Source of the DNA: Sporopachydermia quercuum
Lineage: Eukaryota
Reading direction: 5' to 3'
DNA length: 64,000 bases
Assembly (NCBI GenBank): GCA_001599295.1
Contig: BCGN01000009.1
Location: 850,413-914,412, forward strand
Numbering within the stretch: the stretch's first letter is position 1; each line of letters opens with the position of its first letter. Positions 27,301 through 39,973 of the stretch are shown piece after piece. The position numbers and the translations under genes were made by a program. The notes below the pieces were generated by a model that saw only the letters and a program-made list of their open reading frames with translations, did not search any database and was not told the origin of the DNA.

Positions 27301-28175
27301 AAGATATTAAATGTCGTGTTTATTTTGCAAACTTACCCACTATTGAACCAACATGGTCGTTCTCCATGACACAAACTATGTCAGTGGAAATTTCACTTTC
27401 TAAGTGTCCGATTCTTTCTAATATCCTCAAGTCCAAAATCAAACCTTAATTTTATTATATTTAGACCGTTTGAACTTTAACATGTCATCTACTCTCAATA
27501 TATCTCAAATTACCATATAGAATCCTAGAAAACGTAATGAAAAATCAATAAAAACATGAATTATTAACCTTTATGGAACAAAAATATTAAAATTGTTAGA
27601 ATTTATAGTTAATAGGATCTACAAAACAAAGGAGAAATATTTCTGGCTTTCATTTTACATCCCCAGCACTCGGAAGAAATGCTCCATTAAAGTTAAACTC
27701 AATTACTTCTGCAGCAACGCACGTCGATGTATTGTAACTCTATTTTCGCCTTTTCTTAATAGTCCCATAATCTCCTGAGCTTCACCAAATACACTCTTTT
27801 CCCCTTCTTCTTAGATTCCCAATGCTCCATCACCATCTATTGGCTTAGCTTCTGTAGGATTACTATGCTTGAATCAAACAAACTGAATTAACAGTGAAAC
27901 TGCTACTTGAATTATTGCACAGCTGAAGTATTATTATAGAAAGTAGAATACAGTAGCAGTAGTTATATTCAATCACATCTATCAACATAGATAGTCATTA
28001 TTATCATATTCTATCCTTCATTCCTCTATACACAAAAATAGAGAATCGTCAACTAGAGCCAAAATCCCTTTAATTGGGATAAGAAAGAAAGCTGATACAA
28101 ATTTTTACTATATCAAACGGTTGCAATATTCAGTAACAACAAATATATCGTAATAATAGCTCTACAAGTTGAAAG

Positions 28176-31100
28176 ATGAATCCTTCTTTCTATGGTCCAG
28201 GACCTACAGGACATAATGGAGTTAATATGAATATGCACAACTTATCGAATAATCCTAACGGCAATCCGAATACAAATCCTAATCAAAACCAAAAAATGAA
28301 TCATCCCGGACCAGGTTTCTATAGTGGTGGTTTTTCCAATCATATACCCATACAACCAATTCCAATTCAACCAATGGTGCCAGGTCCAATGATGCCGGGC
28401 CAAAAGTTTTACCCGCCATATATGATCATGGATCCTAACGAGGCTGCATTTCATTCTCTGCCAGAACAATCCAATTTATCTAATATGCGGTCGACACGAC
28501 AAGGCTATCCGCAGTCTCGGATTAGTAATCGTGGAAGTTTTGGTTCAGGTCAAAGACCTAATCACATTAACGGCTTTGCTCAGAATGTCAATAACAACAG
28601 TAACAATTCAGGCCCAAATCAAAATCCAGCAGCAATCACACCAGCAGCAGGTTCAACGAATGCTAACAATTCAAATTCCCAGCAGAAATTCGATTCTGGC
28701 GATCCTCACGCAATCCAATTATGGAAAATGTATTATCGAGCGAAAGCGAGTTTACCGTACAAAGATCGAATGGAAAATCTAACGTGGCGTATGATGACAA
28801 TTAACTTAAAACGACTAAAGAAAGCAGAACAAATGCAAAAAAGGAGGTCGATATCAGGCAGCTCAACAACAAGTCATCATAGACATTCTTCTTTATCCAA
28901 TTATATTAATACCAAATTGCCACCGTCTACAAATCCAACCAATAAACTAGTTCCTGCCATTGGTGATAATAACAGCAACAACAATAATAACACTAACCAC
29001 AATAATACTAATCCAACTGGTGCAATCTCAGATTCAAGCTCTGCTTCATCTATTTCACCATCATCTAAATCTTCAGGAAGATTTTCACTATCTAGCTCAC
29101 ATGGTTTATCGTCTGGAATAATGAAAAAACCAAATCCAAAGAATATTCCATCAAGAAATAGATCAAAACAAGCACTATCACCAGCAACTGATCCAACATG
29201 TGAAGAATTTGACTATGCCGCTCATATAAGGAAAATTGGCCAGGAGGAATATAATACTGAGTCATTCCGACCAAAGAAAAGGCCAGCATCTGAATTCTCA
29301 CCATTTGTTAACCCTTCCAATCCAACTGGAATCCCATCATCAGGCATACCTGATATTCCGTATACCAGACAACCATTATCAAGTTCTGTTTCTACGTCAT
29401 CTGGAGCTTGGGGTCCATCTCCTTTGTCATCAGCACCTACTGAATGGATGTCACATTCATTACCTGCTTCTTCGTTCCACTCCCCAGTTAATGTTGATAT
29501 GCATAACGGTGATGGCAAAGAATTCGAATTCAATCTTGATCCTTTAGCTGTTGAGGGTTTAGATATGCAAATAGGTATTGATGCTATGAGTTCAAGTTAT
29601 CCTGGTCCTGGCTCAAACTTTCTTGGTTCTGATAAAAGATCTTCTACTTCACCTGAAGATAATTCAACTAAACCAACTAGTTTATATATGGCTAACTCTT
29701 TATCGGTGTCTTCGTCATCTGCTTCATTGTATGATTTCTATTCACCAAATACTAATGCCAGTGCTGCTGCTGGCGCCGGGAACAATAATGAAAAGAATAG
29801 TGTGTTCTTTGACAGTTATCATTCTGGTAATTTGGCAAACCCTGCAGCAAATGCTAATTCAAATAGAGAAAGAGCTGGAGTGAAACCAGTTAAAAGATTT
29901 CCAGGGAGTGGCACGAATCCTTCAAGTTATTCATCGACTAATACGTTATTCTCATTAAGAGGACAATCAATGAATTCTCGTTGCAGTACTGATTCAAACC
30001 TGAGCGCTAACTCATGGGATCCAAGTATATTCCACGGGAATAATTTCCAACATGTTGATCCTTCACAAGTTATTAATGGTGATATGAATGTAGAACCATT
30101 TGGTAACATTGGATTTGATATAGATGGTAAAGCGAATCATGGAAAATTTGAATTCGGTTCCGAGTCAAATTTCGACTTTGATGAATTAGATGGTGATATA
30201 ACTATGAACGATGGTATACATCGAGAAGGAATCAAATTTGGTATTAATAATAATATCAAGAACAACAATAATAATCATAACACTTCAGATGGTTCTAGTT
30301 CCCTTAAAGGACAAGGATTATCTAGATCTATATCCTCAGTTTCGTCTACTTCTACAGCAACAGCAACTGGTAGTAGTTTAACCAATGGTAATAAACTTGG
30401 AAGAAGAATTATGGGGCCTGATTCATCGGCATCTTCTATTACAACGTTGAAAGCTGAATCTACAAATAAAGCCAAACAGAAAAGAAATAGTATATCAGGG
30501 AAATCAAGCGGTGATTCTACATCAGTTTCTCCTCAAGGTGCTAATTCATCATCAAATAATAATAATAACAACTCTCAACCAACTTCTTGTACTAATTGTC
30601 ATACTCAAACAACACCATTATGGAGAAGGAATCCTGAGGGTCAACCATTATGTAATGCTTGTGGGTTATTTTTGAAGCTTCATGGTGTTGTGAGGCCGTT
30701 GTCTCTTAAGACCGATATAATTAAGAAACGTCATAGAACAAATGGACCTTCACCTGCTAGTTCAAGTCCTGATCCACCTGGAATTGACGAGAAGAGAAAT
30801 GGTAGAAAAAACTCAACTGTTAGTGCTGCACCAGCAAATGCAGCTGGTAATATTTTGAATAAGAAGAATCCAAATAAAGCAGTACCAGCAGGTTCAAACA
30901 ATCAACAAAATTTAAAGCAAAGAGGCAACGCATCTACAGCAGTAAGTAATAATACTCCGATACCAAATACTGTTGATGATAAGAAAAGTAGTACAGGAAA
31001 ATCAAAATTTAGTAAAGATTCATTAAATAATGAACTTCATGGACCATCAGGAGGACCTTTCAATATCGAAGAAGATGATTTGAGTAAATATTTACTTAAA

Positions 31101-31247
31101 TCTCCTGAGTTGTTTTCAACTAATGGTGGTGCCAATGCTGGCAAAGATTCTTTTGCCTTTTCTCCAATTGATGCTAAAGATGATAAGAATGATGAGAATG
31201 GTGATGGTAATAGTAATCAATGGGAATGGTTGACTATGGCTTTATAA
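28176..31247 (+). CDS. GAT1: GATA nitrogen regulator (Gat1/AreA-like)
   Basis: DUF1752 LWKMY...[10 protein letters not shown]; zinc finger CTNC...PLWRR...[21 protein letters not shown]-terminal WEWLTMAL. Confidence 0.9.
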   Translation: MNPSFYGPGPTGHNGVNMNMHNLSNNPNGNPNTNPNQNQKMNHPGPGFYSGGFSNHIPIQPIPIQPMVPGPMMPGQKFYPPYMIMDPNEAAFHSLPEQSNLSNMRSTRQGYPQSRISNRGSFGSGQRPNHINGFAQNVNNNSNNSGPNQNPAAITPAAGSTNANNSNSQQKFDSGDPHAIQLWKMYYRAKASLPYKDRMENLTWRMMTINLKRLKKAEQMQKRRSISGSSTTSHHRHSSLSNYINTKLPPSTNPTNKLVPAIGDNNSNNNNNTNHNNTNPTGAISDSSSASSISPSSKSSGRFSLSSSHGLSSGIMKKPNPKNIPSRNRSKQALSPATDPTCEEFDYAAHIRKIGQEEYNTESFRPKKRPASEFSPFVNPSNPTGIPSSGIPDIPYTRQPLSSSVSTSSGAWGPSPLSSAPTEWMSHSLPASSFHSPVNVDMHNGDGKEFEFNLDPLAVEGLDMQIGIDAMSSSYPGPGSNFLGSDKRSSTSPEDNSTKPTSLYMANSLSVSSSSASLYDFYSPNTNASAAAGAGNNNEKNSVFFDSYHSGNLANPAANANSNRERAGVKPVKRFPGSGTNPSSYSSTNTLFSLRGQSMNSRCSTDSNLSANSWDPSIFHGNNFQHVDPSQVINGDMNVEPFGNIGFDIDGKANHGKFEFGSESNFDFDELDGDITMNDGIHREGIKFGINNNIKNNNNNHNTSDGSSSLKGQGLSRSISSVSSTSTATATGSSLTNGNKLGRRIMGPDSSASSITTLKAESTNKAKQKRNSISGKSSGDSTSVSPQGANSSSNNNNNNSQPTSCTNCHTQTTPLWRRNPEGQPLCNACGLFLKLHGVVRPLSLKTDIIKKRHRTNGPSPASSSPDPPGIDEKRNGRKNSTVSAAPANAAGNILNKKNPNKAVPAGSNNQQNLKQRGNASTAVSNNTPIPNTVDDKKSSTGKSKFSKDSLNNELHGPSGGPFNIEEDDLSKYLLKSPELFSTNGGANAGKDSFAFSPIDAKDDKNDENGDGNSNQWEWLTMAL

Positions 31248-31951
31248 GTAGTCATTTTGGATTAGTTTCTTTTATCAATGCTGTTACTANTGTTTGCCTT
31301 ACTGTTAGTATGTTATATTTCTATTTTCTTTCAAGTTAAGTGGTGTATTATTTTTCTCTTCTCATATTCATTTTCATTATCCTTTTTTATTATGTGGTTT
31401 ACAAGGTTATAAAATCATTTCACAGGGTTTATTATGTATGTATATAAAGAAAGGAGTGATATCATTTCGTCCTTTTAATAATTAACAATAATTCTTTATT
31501 CTCGCGTACGATCAGAATAAATGGCTCACCATCAAGTCCAGACGCAGATAGAGTTATAGGATAAATAGAAGTAGTACCCATAACCAGACTTTGGAGGGAA
31601 AGGTGACAATGCTCGTTTTTCATTTTCATATGCTATTAGAAGACTGTAGTTTTCTACATTCCGGAATTTGCGAATTGCAATACGTACTAAGTATTCCTTA
31701 TATCTTCAAAGTTCTTTTACCTCTCAGTTGAATTCAAGTCACTAAAAACCATTTATTCGATAGCAGGGGACCTTTGAAATTATCAAATATTCAATATTTA
31801 TGTGGCTGGTTCATTTCTACAACAACTACTACAGACATATCAACATATCCATCATATCAACATCCAATCTCATCTCATGCTATACTAAAAATTTGTATTT
31901 AAAACTTAACTAGAACAATTATAGTAAATTACGTACAATTCATCAAGTCAA

Positions 31952-32356
31952 TTACTTCTTGCCGGTGTGCTCACCAGCATCATGAGAGAAACTGTTCAAA
32001 GTATCAGAAATCTTTTCCTTGGCGGTTTCAACATACTCCTTTGCAGTTTCGGTGTAGCTCTTAGCGGCACCTTCATCTTTTCCTTGCTTGTAGTTGTCGA
32101 ATGCACTTTGAGTAGTACCCTTGCTTTCATCAGGTTGAACTGCACCAGCTACTCTATCGGCGGCATCAGTAACAGATTCCTTAGTCTTATCATAATAAGT
32201 CTTGTCACTTTCAGGTCTGAGACTTTCAGTAGCCTTGTCAGTGAATGATTTTCTTCCAGCTATTGTCTAATGTTAGTAAAACTGAGCAAACAGCATATCA
32301 ACCGCCAAACCATCAACTAATAGATAAAGTAGATTATTTTACATACCGTCAGCCAT
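31952..32356 (-). CDS. HSP12: Hsp12/Hsp9 hydrophilin, 105 aa, 2 exons: 32356-32347, 32259-31952 (absent from ORF track)
   Basis: Spliced MADAGRKSFTDKATESLRPESDKTYYDKTKESVTDAADRVAGAVQPDESKG...; intron GTATGT...TACTAAC...TAG; 318 nt in frame. Confidence 0.93.
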
Positions 32357-32666
32357 TTTTGATTGTTTATTGGGAAATAAAAGTTTTGTATAGATTTCTA
32401 GTTGATTGAACTATTCGTAATTAATCGTAGTGTATAGTATTGAATGTTTCTTTACTATGCTCTTTGATTGTTATCGAGTATTATATTCCTTCTTCTCTAT
32501 TATTGTCTTGCTTCACACACAAATAATTTAGGACGAGCGATTACTTCCTATTTATACATATTCAAATATTTCGAAATCTAACGATTTTCTATTCATTAAT
32601 TAATCATTTTCTACTCTTATTCTATCACTGGGGTCTTCTCTTTTCACTTGTATTTAACGTTTCCCC

Positions 32667-34035
32667 ACGTCATAGAAGTCAATTTCATTCATTTCTTCTT
32701 AATGCATCACGTCAACAAAACTTGCTAAACGAAATAGTACTACTAGTATTATTTACCCCTTTAGAACAGTATTTACCGAAGGGAATAATTGCTAAGTTGG
32801 AGAACATTTGCTAAATAATGAGAGAATAACAAATAGTGCGAGGATTGTTTGCTCGATCGATCTATTGGATAGTGAATGGTGAAATTTTCAGGATGGGGAA
32901 AGAAGGAGAGAAGATTTTGCCTAGCAAAGCGATAAGAATAACTAATTGCTTCTATGTATGAATTTATTCCTAATTTATTCCATATTTATTCCATATTTAT
33001 AATGTATGATAATAATATATCAGCTACATAGTATCATATTCTCAATTATTATGAAATATAGTATCCTGTACCTTAACGTATCTCATTACCGCTCCGCTTT
33101 ATCCCACTTTAATTCTATACATAAGAAGGGGAATAATCCATTTTCATACGTTTCACTTCACAATTGCCTTCGCCTTCCGGCAAACGGAATGAATGATTGA
33201 TTGGTTGCTTGGGAGTTATGTTAACATTTTTCTTATGAGCAAACCTGCATAAGAAAATAATTAACTTGGTTGTGAATTATCCGGTGATTAGTGAGTGAAT
33301 ATTGAATGCAAATTGTTAGTGATTATTCAATTTCTATGCATGATGAGCTGACGTCATTAAAGGAAATTTTGGTTTGAAGGGACAAACGAAGCGACGAGGA
33401 GGCAAATGATAGATTTGGAAGAGCCAACGTATTGAATGGAACAAGAATTTGTTAGAACCGTAAAGTACACAGAAATATTATTATGAAAGAGGAATAGGAG
33501 AAGACAAAAAACAGGACACATGATCTGAACGTATTAAATGTAATGTAATGTGAAGTGAATGAGTGAAAGTAAGCAGAACACATGGGCCTTTTCAATAGAA
33601 CATAACATGGTTCGCAGTTCGGACTATCACATCTACAAAATGAATTTGTTATAGAATTGTATATAATGGCATTGAATTTGCAAAAGTGTGTATTTACTTT
33701 TCATTCCTGTTGGTTAATTATCAATGGAGCTGATTCCCCATATTTTGTTCCATCTATCAAATACCGTTGTAGAGCGAGTTGACGAGGAGTTGCACGTGCA
33801 ACTGATAGATACCTTGGTAACTACATCCTTGAATCTATGATAGCTGGAACAACAGCGTGAGCAATAATGTACTTTGCCATTAAGTTATGTAATTATCCAT
33901 ATTAAGAAAAGTGGAGAAATAGTGTGCAGCATTTTAGCAGTAAGTAACTTGATGGTTACGTTATGCCTGTAACTATATAATATGCCATAAAATCACACCC
34001 TATAAAATTCTGGATATACAGAGTGCATGACGTCA
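32667..34035. promoter_or_regulatory. Stress-responsive elements upstream of HSP12 (CRE and STRE)
   Basis: TGACGTCA at 33349 and 34028; ACGTCA at 32667 and 32709; CCCCT 32756; AGGGG 33127. Confidence 0.5.
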
Positions 34036-34435
34036 AGTTAGTTCATCAATGGATTGTTCCTCTTTTATCTTTCTCTCAAACTGGTATAAGAGATAACAGA
34101 CAGTTCAGTCTAGCTGGACATTAACGTAGATTCTAGAATCATATGCTGATCACTATTGGATGATCACAACGGCTTCCTCAAATGAGTTTTATAATTGTGT
34201 AGTTAACCCATTAGCTAATTATCAGCTGACAAGATAGTCCCAACAGAGGAACAATTTCGTTGAAGCGCAAGGATAAATCTGAACTTTCGCGAACGAGCTG
34301 ATTGAAGTAAATCTCAGGTTTTAGTCACTGAAATAATTCATTAAATAGTAAAGTAAAGTTGAATTGTGGACTCGTGTTCTCTATCTTCAAAAGTATTTAG
34401 TAGCACTGCTACATGATTGAATTGTCATCTGAAGT

Positions 34436-34840
34436 CTAACGATCATTCTCTACAGTAGAACACTCAACACAATCCTTTCTTTCTTTGTTTTGTTGCTTGA
34501 TTTCAGAAACAAGATGTGTTCTGGAAGTTTGTCGATCAATATGTCCGAGATTATCTTCTTTGAAACATTGATTTCTAACTAGTTGCTTGACGATTTTGGA
34601 GTCAGGGAATCCACCATCAACTTTACGATCCCAAATCACTACATCAGGTGAAGATGCTTCAGAAATAACAATGATCTTGAACTGACCAGGTTCTGAAGGA
34701 CTTAATGCTATTTCACCAATTTTTGTCCCAAAGGTTTGAATTAGTTCCTGCAAGTACCAAACTGCTCTATTCTGCCATTTACAGCCAATACAGTATCGGA
34801 TAATTACTCTGGGGTACTTAATCTCTTGCGATTCACTCAT
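34436..34840 (-). CDS. Rdx family (SelW/SelT/SelH-like) CxxC protein
   Basis: YCIGCKWQNRAVWYLQELIQTF, G.F, IWDRKVDGGFPDSK, LGHIDR. Confidence 0.85.
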   Translation of the reverse strand: MSESQEIKYPRVIIRYCIGCKWQNRAVWYLQELIQTFGTKIGEIALSPSEPGQFKIIVISEASSPDVVIWDRKVDGGFPDSKIVKQLVRNQCFKEDNLGHIDRQTSRTHLVSEIKQQNKERKDCVECSTVENDR

Positions 34841-35192
34841 TATGACTTGATTGATATGGTCCCATACAACAAATTCTGTAGGATTGTTCCAGTTGTAGAG
34901 TTCTGCATTGACTTGTTGGATAATTAATCATTTTACTTCCTTAGAAAATAATAAATGTGTTAATGAGGATGGAAGAAGGCACCTTTCACATTCTCATGTG
35001 CGAGACAAACTCTCTCACTTATCACGTGATCTACAACAAAAATTCAAAGGTAGCTGTTAAAATTAATCCAAAGAGAAGATACTTGTATAAGATGTTTCAT
35101 TACAATACGTTTCTATCTATATCTTTATATCCATTTTAACCTATAGTGATCAAAGATACCTCAATTTCCAAAATTAAAAAAAAATTCCCTGT

Positions 35193-37367
35193 TTACTTCT
35201 TTGAGCGAGACACTTGACGTTTTGGCTGGAAGATTTTACTATGATAGTCAAATATATCAGCCACCATTAATGGAACAAATGTTTTAGCATTTGATTCTTC
35301 GTAACTATCAAATTCACGATTTGGCCTCAAGACAAATGGTGCAATAAGCTCAGAGATCTTTATCTTGAACTTCTTCGCGGATTCCTCAACCTCTTTGGGA
35401 TTTTGTTCCTTTTCAGCTTCAGTTGGCTTACTTACCAAGTCAATTAAATCACGTATATGATTAACAATTGCTCGCATAATAAGCCTTTTATATTTATTTC
35501 TTGGGTTCATGATCTCTTTCAATAGTTTTATTCGATCCAAATTCTCCTCCGTAAGATCAATAGGTAGCTGTTCATAACTAGCCTTGATTGCAGCGTATTC
35601 ACTAGACGGTATCATTGAGTCAGGCATTTGTAGTAAATACAATTTGAACACATCAACCACCGTTTGGGGAGGAAATTCGGAATAAATATGACCCAAATCA
35701 TTGAATTCGTTGAAAGAATCAATCTTATTTACACGAGACCTCAACTTGTTAGCATCAAGGACATTCATAGACGATAGCCATAGTCTCGTTCGCTCCTCAT
35801 TCGTTTTCAGTTTATTAGTGTAAACATCATCCAAGAAGGATAACGTACCAAATATTAACAGTCTTGCAGATTTATACTCAGCATCGTTAAGAGTTGCTAG
35901 ATCAAAACCAAATAATGAATGAATTTCCGTTCCATGATAGCTTTCGAATTGAATAACCTTTGATGTGAAAGATCCTGTTTCATGCTCGTCAATAAACAAT
36001 TGAAAATCAGCTGTTGGTTTGATAGACTGTTCACAAACATCAAGCCTGTCTACACAATCGGTCAAAGTTGCAACGTTATTAGAGAGAATAGTGGTGAAAT
36101 CAAGTGTGAATTTCTTCAGTGTTGTGTAACGATTCAACTCTTCTTTTTGAAGTTCTATTATGTAATAGTAATAACTAGATTCCAATAAGGAACGTGATTG
36201 ATCTAATAGTTGAACTTCTTTCAAATATTTTTCTCTTAGATCTTGAATCTCTTTCTCTAGCTTCTTTCCTTCTAGCTTCTGGCCCAAAATCTCATTTGGT
36301 TGGGATCCAGTAGCATTTTGAATCATTCCACCCAAATACTCTCTGAAATCAACTGGCTCATCAGCAACACTATCTTTAGATAAACCAGCTGATTCAAAAG
36401 CCAGAGGTTTCCATTGGTATTTTGCGGAGGAACTCATAACGAAATTTCTATTGATGGGTCCTATTGTCCCCAGGAAACCATACTCTAGTAAATCTTGTCC
36501 AAATTGTTCCGCTAAGGAAACTTTCTTATTACAAGTATGTTCTTGGATCCATTCACCAATATCTGATCCAGAAGAAAGATCAGTGTAGTTCATAAGATAA
36601 ACACGAGAGGAAGCCCTAGGTATCTCTTCAAGCATTCTAGATAGTAATGTTTTTAGTTCTGGTTCATCATACTCCACATTTGCAAGTTTATAAACATCTA
36701 TAGGTTCTGATTCCTCAGGTTCATTAGAAGTAGACACATCTGCTTCTTCCTTTTTGCCATCCTCTTTTGAATTACCTGATGCAAGAGATCCTGCACTGTT
36801 ACTATCTATATCAGTTGTTGAGGTCTGGCTTTGTTCCAAAGCTTCAGCTGCTTCTCGTTGATCGCGAAAATCGTCATAGACACGACATTTATTGTAATAC
36901 TTCTCTTTCAATGACTTCACTTTTTCTGTCTTCTTATTATAATCATCTATCAGATTTCTCATGTTCGTGTGAGCTTNTTGAATCTTGGCCCGATGGTTGA
37001 TGCTAAATCGACGCAAAGGACCTACAATTGATGATCTTATCATATCTGCTAACTTTGTATGATAATCACCTTCTCGGGTGATCTCATTGCACATTGTAGA
37101 TAAACACAGACCAACTGTTAAAGTATCAGAATCTACTGGTGCCATTTTGGCACAACTAGACAATGTACTTCCATATGCTACTTCAGCTTCCATACGGGTT
37201 CGAAACATCTCCAAATAATTCTCACTATACTCAATTCCTTTGTTAAGCCCTCCAAAGAATTTCTCTACTCCAGAAGTATAATCTGGTGTCCAGAACCTCA
37301 CTGAAAGATCTAGTTTCGGGTGAGCATGTTGATTTGGATGTTGTTGGGGTTGAACTTGTTTTGCCAT
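35193..37367 (-). CDS. F-BAR + DEP + RhoGAP-like protein (Rgd2/Rgd3, Rga8/9 family)
   Basis: FWTPDY...RMEAEVAYG (FCH); AEQFGQDLLEYGFL (DEP); FKLYLLQMPDSMIP (RhoGAP). Confidence 0.8.
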   Translation of the reverse strand: MAKQVQPQQHPNQHAHPKLDLSVRFWTPDYTSGVEKFFGGLNKGIEYSENYLEMFRTRMEAEVAYGSTLSSCAKMAPVDSDTLTVGLCLSTMCNEITREGDYHTKLADMIRSSIVGPLRRFSINHRAKIQXAHTNMRNLIDDYNKKTEKVKSLKEKYYNKCRVYDDFRDQREAAEALEQSQTSTTDIDSNSAGSLASGNSKEDGKKEEADVSTSNEPEESEPIDVYKLANVEYDEPELKTLLSRMLEEIPRASSRVYLMNYTDLSSGSDIGEWIQEHTCNKKVSLAEQFGQDLLEYGFLGTIGPINRNFVMSSSAKYQWKPLAFESAGLSKDSVADEPVDFREYLGGMIQNATGSQPNEILGQKLEGKKLEKEIQDLREKYLKEVQLLDQSRSLLESSYYYYIIELQKEELNRYTTLKKFTLDFTTILSNNVATLTDCVDRLDVCEQSIKPTADFQLFIDEHETGSFTSKVIQFESYHGTEIHSLFGFDLATLNDAEYKSARLLIFGTLSFLDDVYTNKLKTNEERTRLWLSSMNVLDANKLRSRVNKIDSFNEFNDLGHIYSEFPPQTVVDVFKLYLLQMPDSMIPSSEYAAIKASYEQLPIDLTEENLDRIKLLKEIMNPRNKYKRLIMRAIVNHIRDLIDLVSKPTEAEKEQNPKEVEESAKKFKIKISELIAPFVLRPNREFDSYEESNAKTFVPLMVADIFDYHSKIFQPKRQVSRSKK

Positions 37368-38513
37368 TGTACAACCCTTAGCTGATCTTCTTCAATATTC
37401 CAACTTTTTAGTTCCCTTAACACTTTTTGATATATCAAAATCCACGTTTCCTTTAATAGCTTTCTTGAATTATCGATCAGACGTCGAATTGGCAATCTCT
37501 TGTGTCAAAACTTATGTGAACATTTGTTGATCCCCTTTCCCAACCAATGCAAGAAATAGTCTTGAAATCAACTCTCAATATCAAAATCAATGAAGTTTAG
37601 AATAATTATAATAAAATATCCTATATATTCATCCGAATGTCAGGACATTAGCAAATCGTATAGAAACAAAATATCTATTCACTCTCGATGTGATGTTCGA
37701 ACTTAACAAAATCATTGTAGCCACGCGTCTCCTCTATTAATATAGTCATTACCAATCTGTAACTGTTCCTTAATGGTTTTAATTAAGTACTTTCGTTTAT
37801 GAACTGCCAATTTGATACAAGTAATCGTCAACTTAATTTGAATTACGTAATCTTTAGAAATGATGGAAGGATTCTTCTATACCCCTTTTAAGACAATTTG
37901 GTAGTTCAAGATAACAATGCTTCATGGGTGTGGTATGTAGGTTCTACGTGTATGATATGTATGATGTGCATGGTGTTCCGTTAATTCACGTAGTAGGGAT
38001 AAAACAACATACGAAGAAACATAAGAAGAAACATACGAAGAAAATTGAAGATATCAAAAAAAGGGGTCAAGAACTATGAAATAAAGTTCTGAAGAAAGTA
38101 GAAATGGAGAGCTTTTGGGTAGAAGTATCAATGTTGGTACGTAGGAAAACAAAACAAAATAGTCTCTAAGGCGTATCTGGGTTCCTAGCATAGCGTTGGA
38201 AGGGAGTAGAATTCCACTGAATTAGGTGAATCTTGTAACATTCGAGAATATGTAATTATAAATACGAACATAATTGTTGGTGTATAGATAAGAACGTCCA
38301 GCGCGATGATGTATTATGTTGAAACTAAAGTATGTTATATAACGAATGATCTAAAGTTGCAATTTAAGCGTTGATATAATTGTAAGCAGTATACACTAGA
38401 ACAGTAGTTATATTGACAAAATCGTGATTTAGCACTTTAAGACCTGTTCAAGTATGCTATAATCTTAACCCGATTCAATGTACCACTATTACATACATGA
38501 TGCAAGCTATGGT

Positions 38514-39590
38514 TTATGGTTGCTTTAACCTTGAGGAGCTTGATTTAACAAAATACTCTTGCATTGTGTCTAAATCTTCATGATCTGTCTCGTCTTCCGA
38601 TAACACTGGAGAGCCTTCTTTAACAGACGGGCCCGAGCTTAGGCTCAGTAGTTTCTGCTGTAAAGACTTTGATTTCAATCTTGTGCTAGTTAGAGAGTCT
38701 TCAGAATCTGACAATTCGTAATCAGACAGATGTAGATCTATATCATGTAACTTATCAAGAGTACCAATAATGCATTTTGGTTTCCTGGACCTTCTCTTCA
38801 TACCAAAGTCAAACTTAGAGCTCGACAACAGACTTGATTGACCATCTGACTGAAAGTTCATGCTTTTCTCTCTATCTTCCAGTGTTATCGTTTTACCTCT
38901 ATGCGTATATTTCATAGTCTTGAAAACATTATCGGGATCATGCTTCAAGTTAAATGATTTTATCACGAGTTCGGTTTCTTTCTCTTGTTTATCTGTCACA
39001 AATGGGTTCCGCAGTATTTCTTTCCGTACAAATATTTCATCCTGTACCTGTGTGTTAGACTCGTTGAAGTGAACATTGTTCACCTGATCATTTTCCAGTG
39101 CTTTCTCATAACTAGTACCTTTATTTTTTGGCGTTTCAAAACCGCCAGGATAATTTGAATTGTAGATGATATTAGTGACTCCCAAATCTGCTGCAAGTCG
39201 ATCTCTTTCACGACCTCTACCGCTTCCAATATGAGAATGTGCTGCTTGAAACAACACTCTTCCTTTGGACTTTACAACTGTTGGAATTGTCGATATAATA
39301 TCTGTTGTATGCTTTCTCTTAATCGACTTCCCAGGTGTTCTCCTTGGAGACAACATCAAGTTAATTGGCGATGAGGGAAAATCAGGGATCTGCAAAGAAT
39401 CTGAACCCGATAATTGTCGAAAATGTGTTGAAGCAGGTGCCTTTTTGATTGAAGCTTCTGGGCTTAGTACGCCCTCATGTAACCTAGACCCTATAAGCCC
39501 ATTTGACGGTGGACTTGGACTCAAAGGTGATAGGTACAACGCTCTTCTGCTATTGTTCCTCGGTGGAGTACTTGGTACAAATGATGACAT
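38514..39590 (-). CDS. Putative CDK inhibitor (Sic1/Sol1-like), disordered and S/T-P rich
   Basis: N-terminal PSTPPR, IGSGR, ETPK, LRNPFV and RKPK motifs resembling S. cerevisiae Sic1 / C. albicans Sol1. Confidence 0.6.
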   Translation of the reverse strand: MSSFVPSTPPRNNSRRALYLSPLSPSPPSNGLIGSRLHEGVLSPEASIKKAPASTHFRQLSGSDSLQIPDFPSSPINLMLSPRRTPGKSIKRKHTTDIISTIPTVVKSKGRVLFQAAHSHIGSGRGRERDRLAADLGVTNIIYNSNYPGGFETPKNKGTSYEKALENDQVNNVHFNESNTQVQDEIFVRKEILRNPFVTDKQEKETELVIKSFNLKHDPDNVFKTMKYTHRGKTITLEDREKSMNFQSDGQSSLLSSSKFDFGMKRRSRKPKCIIGTLDKLHDIDLHLSDYELSDSEDSLTSTRLKSKSLQQKLLSLSSGPSVKEGSPVLSEDETDHEDLDTMQEYFVKSSSSRLKQP

Positions 39591-39959
39591 TTCAATCTTT
39601 TAATTATTTTTTGTCAGACTTCAAGTATCTAACAAACGGTTTTAGGTTTGTGATCTGAATAATAGGATAACAAAATCAAATGCTTTGTGGTCAGTTTGAT
39701 TTCGATGTCCTTTTGTATATCGGAATTTCTAAGTTATCAGTGACAATTGCTAAACAATTGATCAATCCACAACAAAAGCTCTTATAGTTAATCATATTCC
39801 CAATGATAAGCATAAGAACATTTATTTAATCTGTGAAATTAATAAATTTTTGCTTAGCATCATCTACAAAGAAGAGAAGAGAAATCCATTCAACAGTGAT
39901 AACTTGGGGCGGGCATCAATTACTACATTAGGTATATTTCTCTTGCTGTGGTAAAATGA

Positions 39960-39973
39960 ACGCGTCGTCGCGA
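39960..39973. promoter_or_regulatory. MCB (ACGCGT) plus adjacent TCGCGA in the divergent SOL1-like/EMP47-like promoter
   Basis: ACGCGTCGTCGCGA, CpG-dense in AT-rich DNA; a further ACGCGT at 37723 upstream of the RhoGAP gene. Confidence 0.4.

Noticed and set aside
31967..32248. 93-aa + strand ORF
   Set aside because: Antisense shadow of HSP12 exon 2
34436..34840. Selenocysteine usage in the SelW-like gene
   Set aside because: Redox motif is encoded by Cys codons; no in-frame TGA
38005..38043. Short tandem repeats (12-mer x3 here; 9-mer x3 near 19324; 11-mer near 32961; CAACG x3 near 63390)
   Set aside because: Ordinary slippage repeats with no spacers; not CRISPR-like or telomeric
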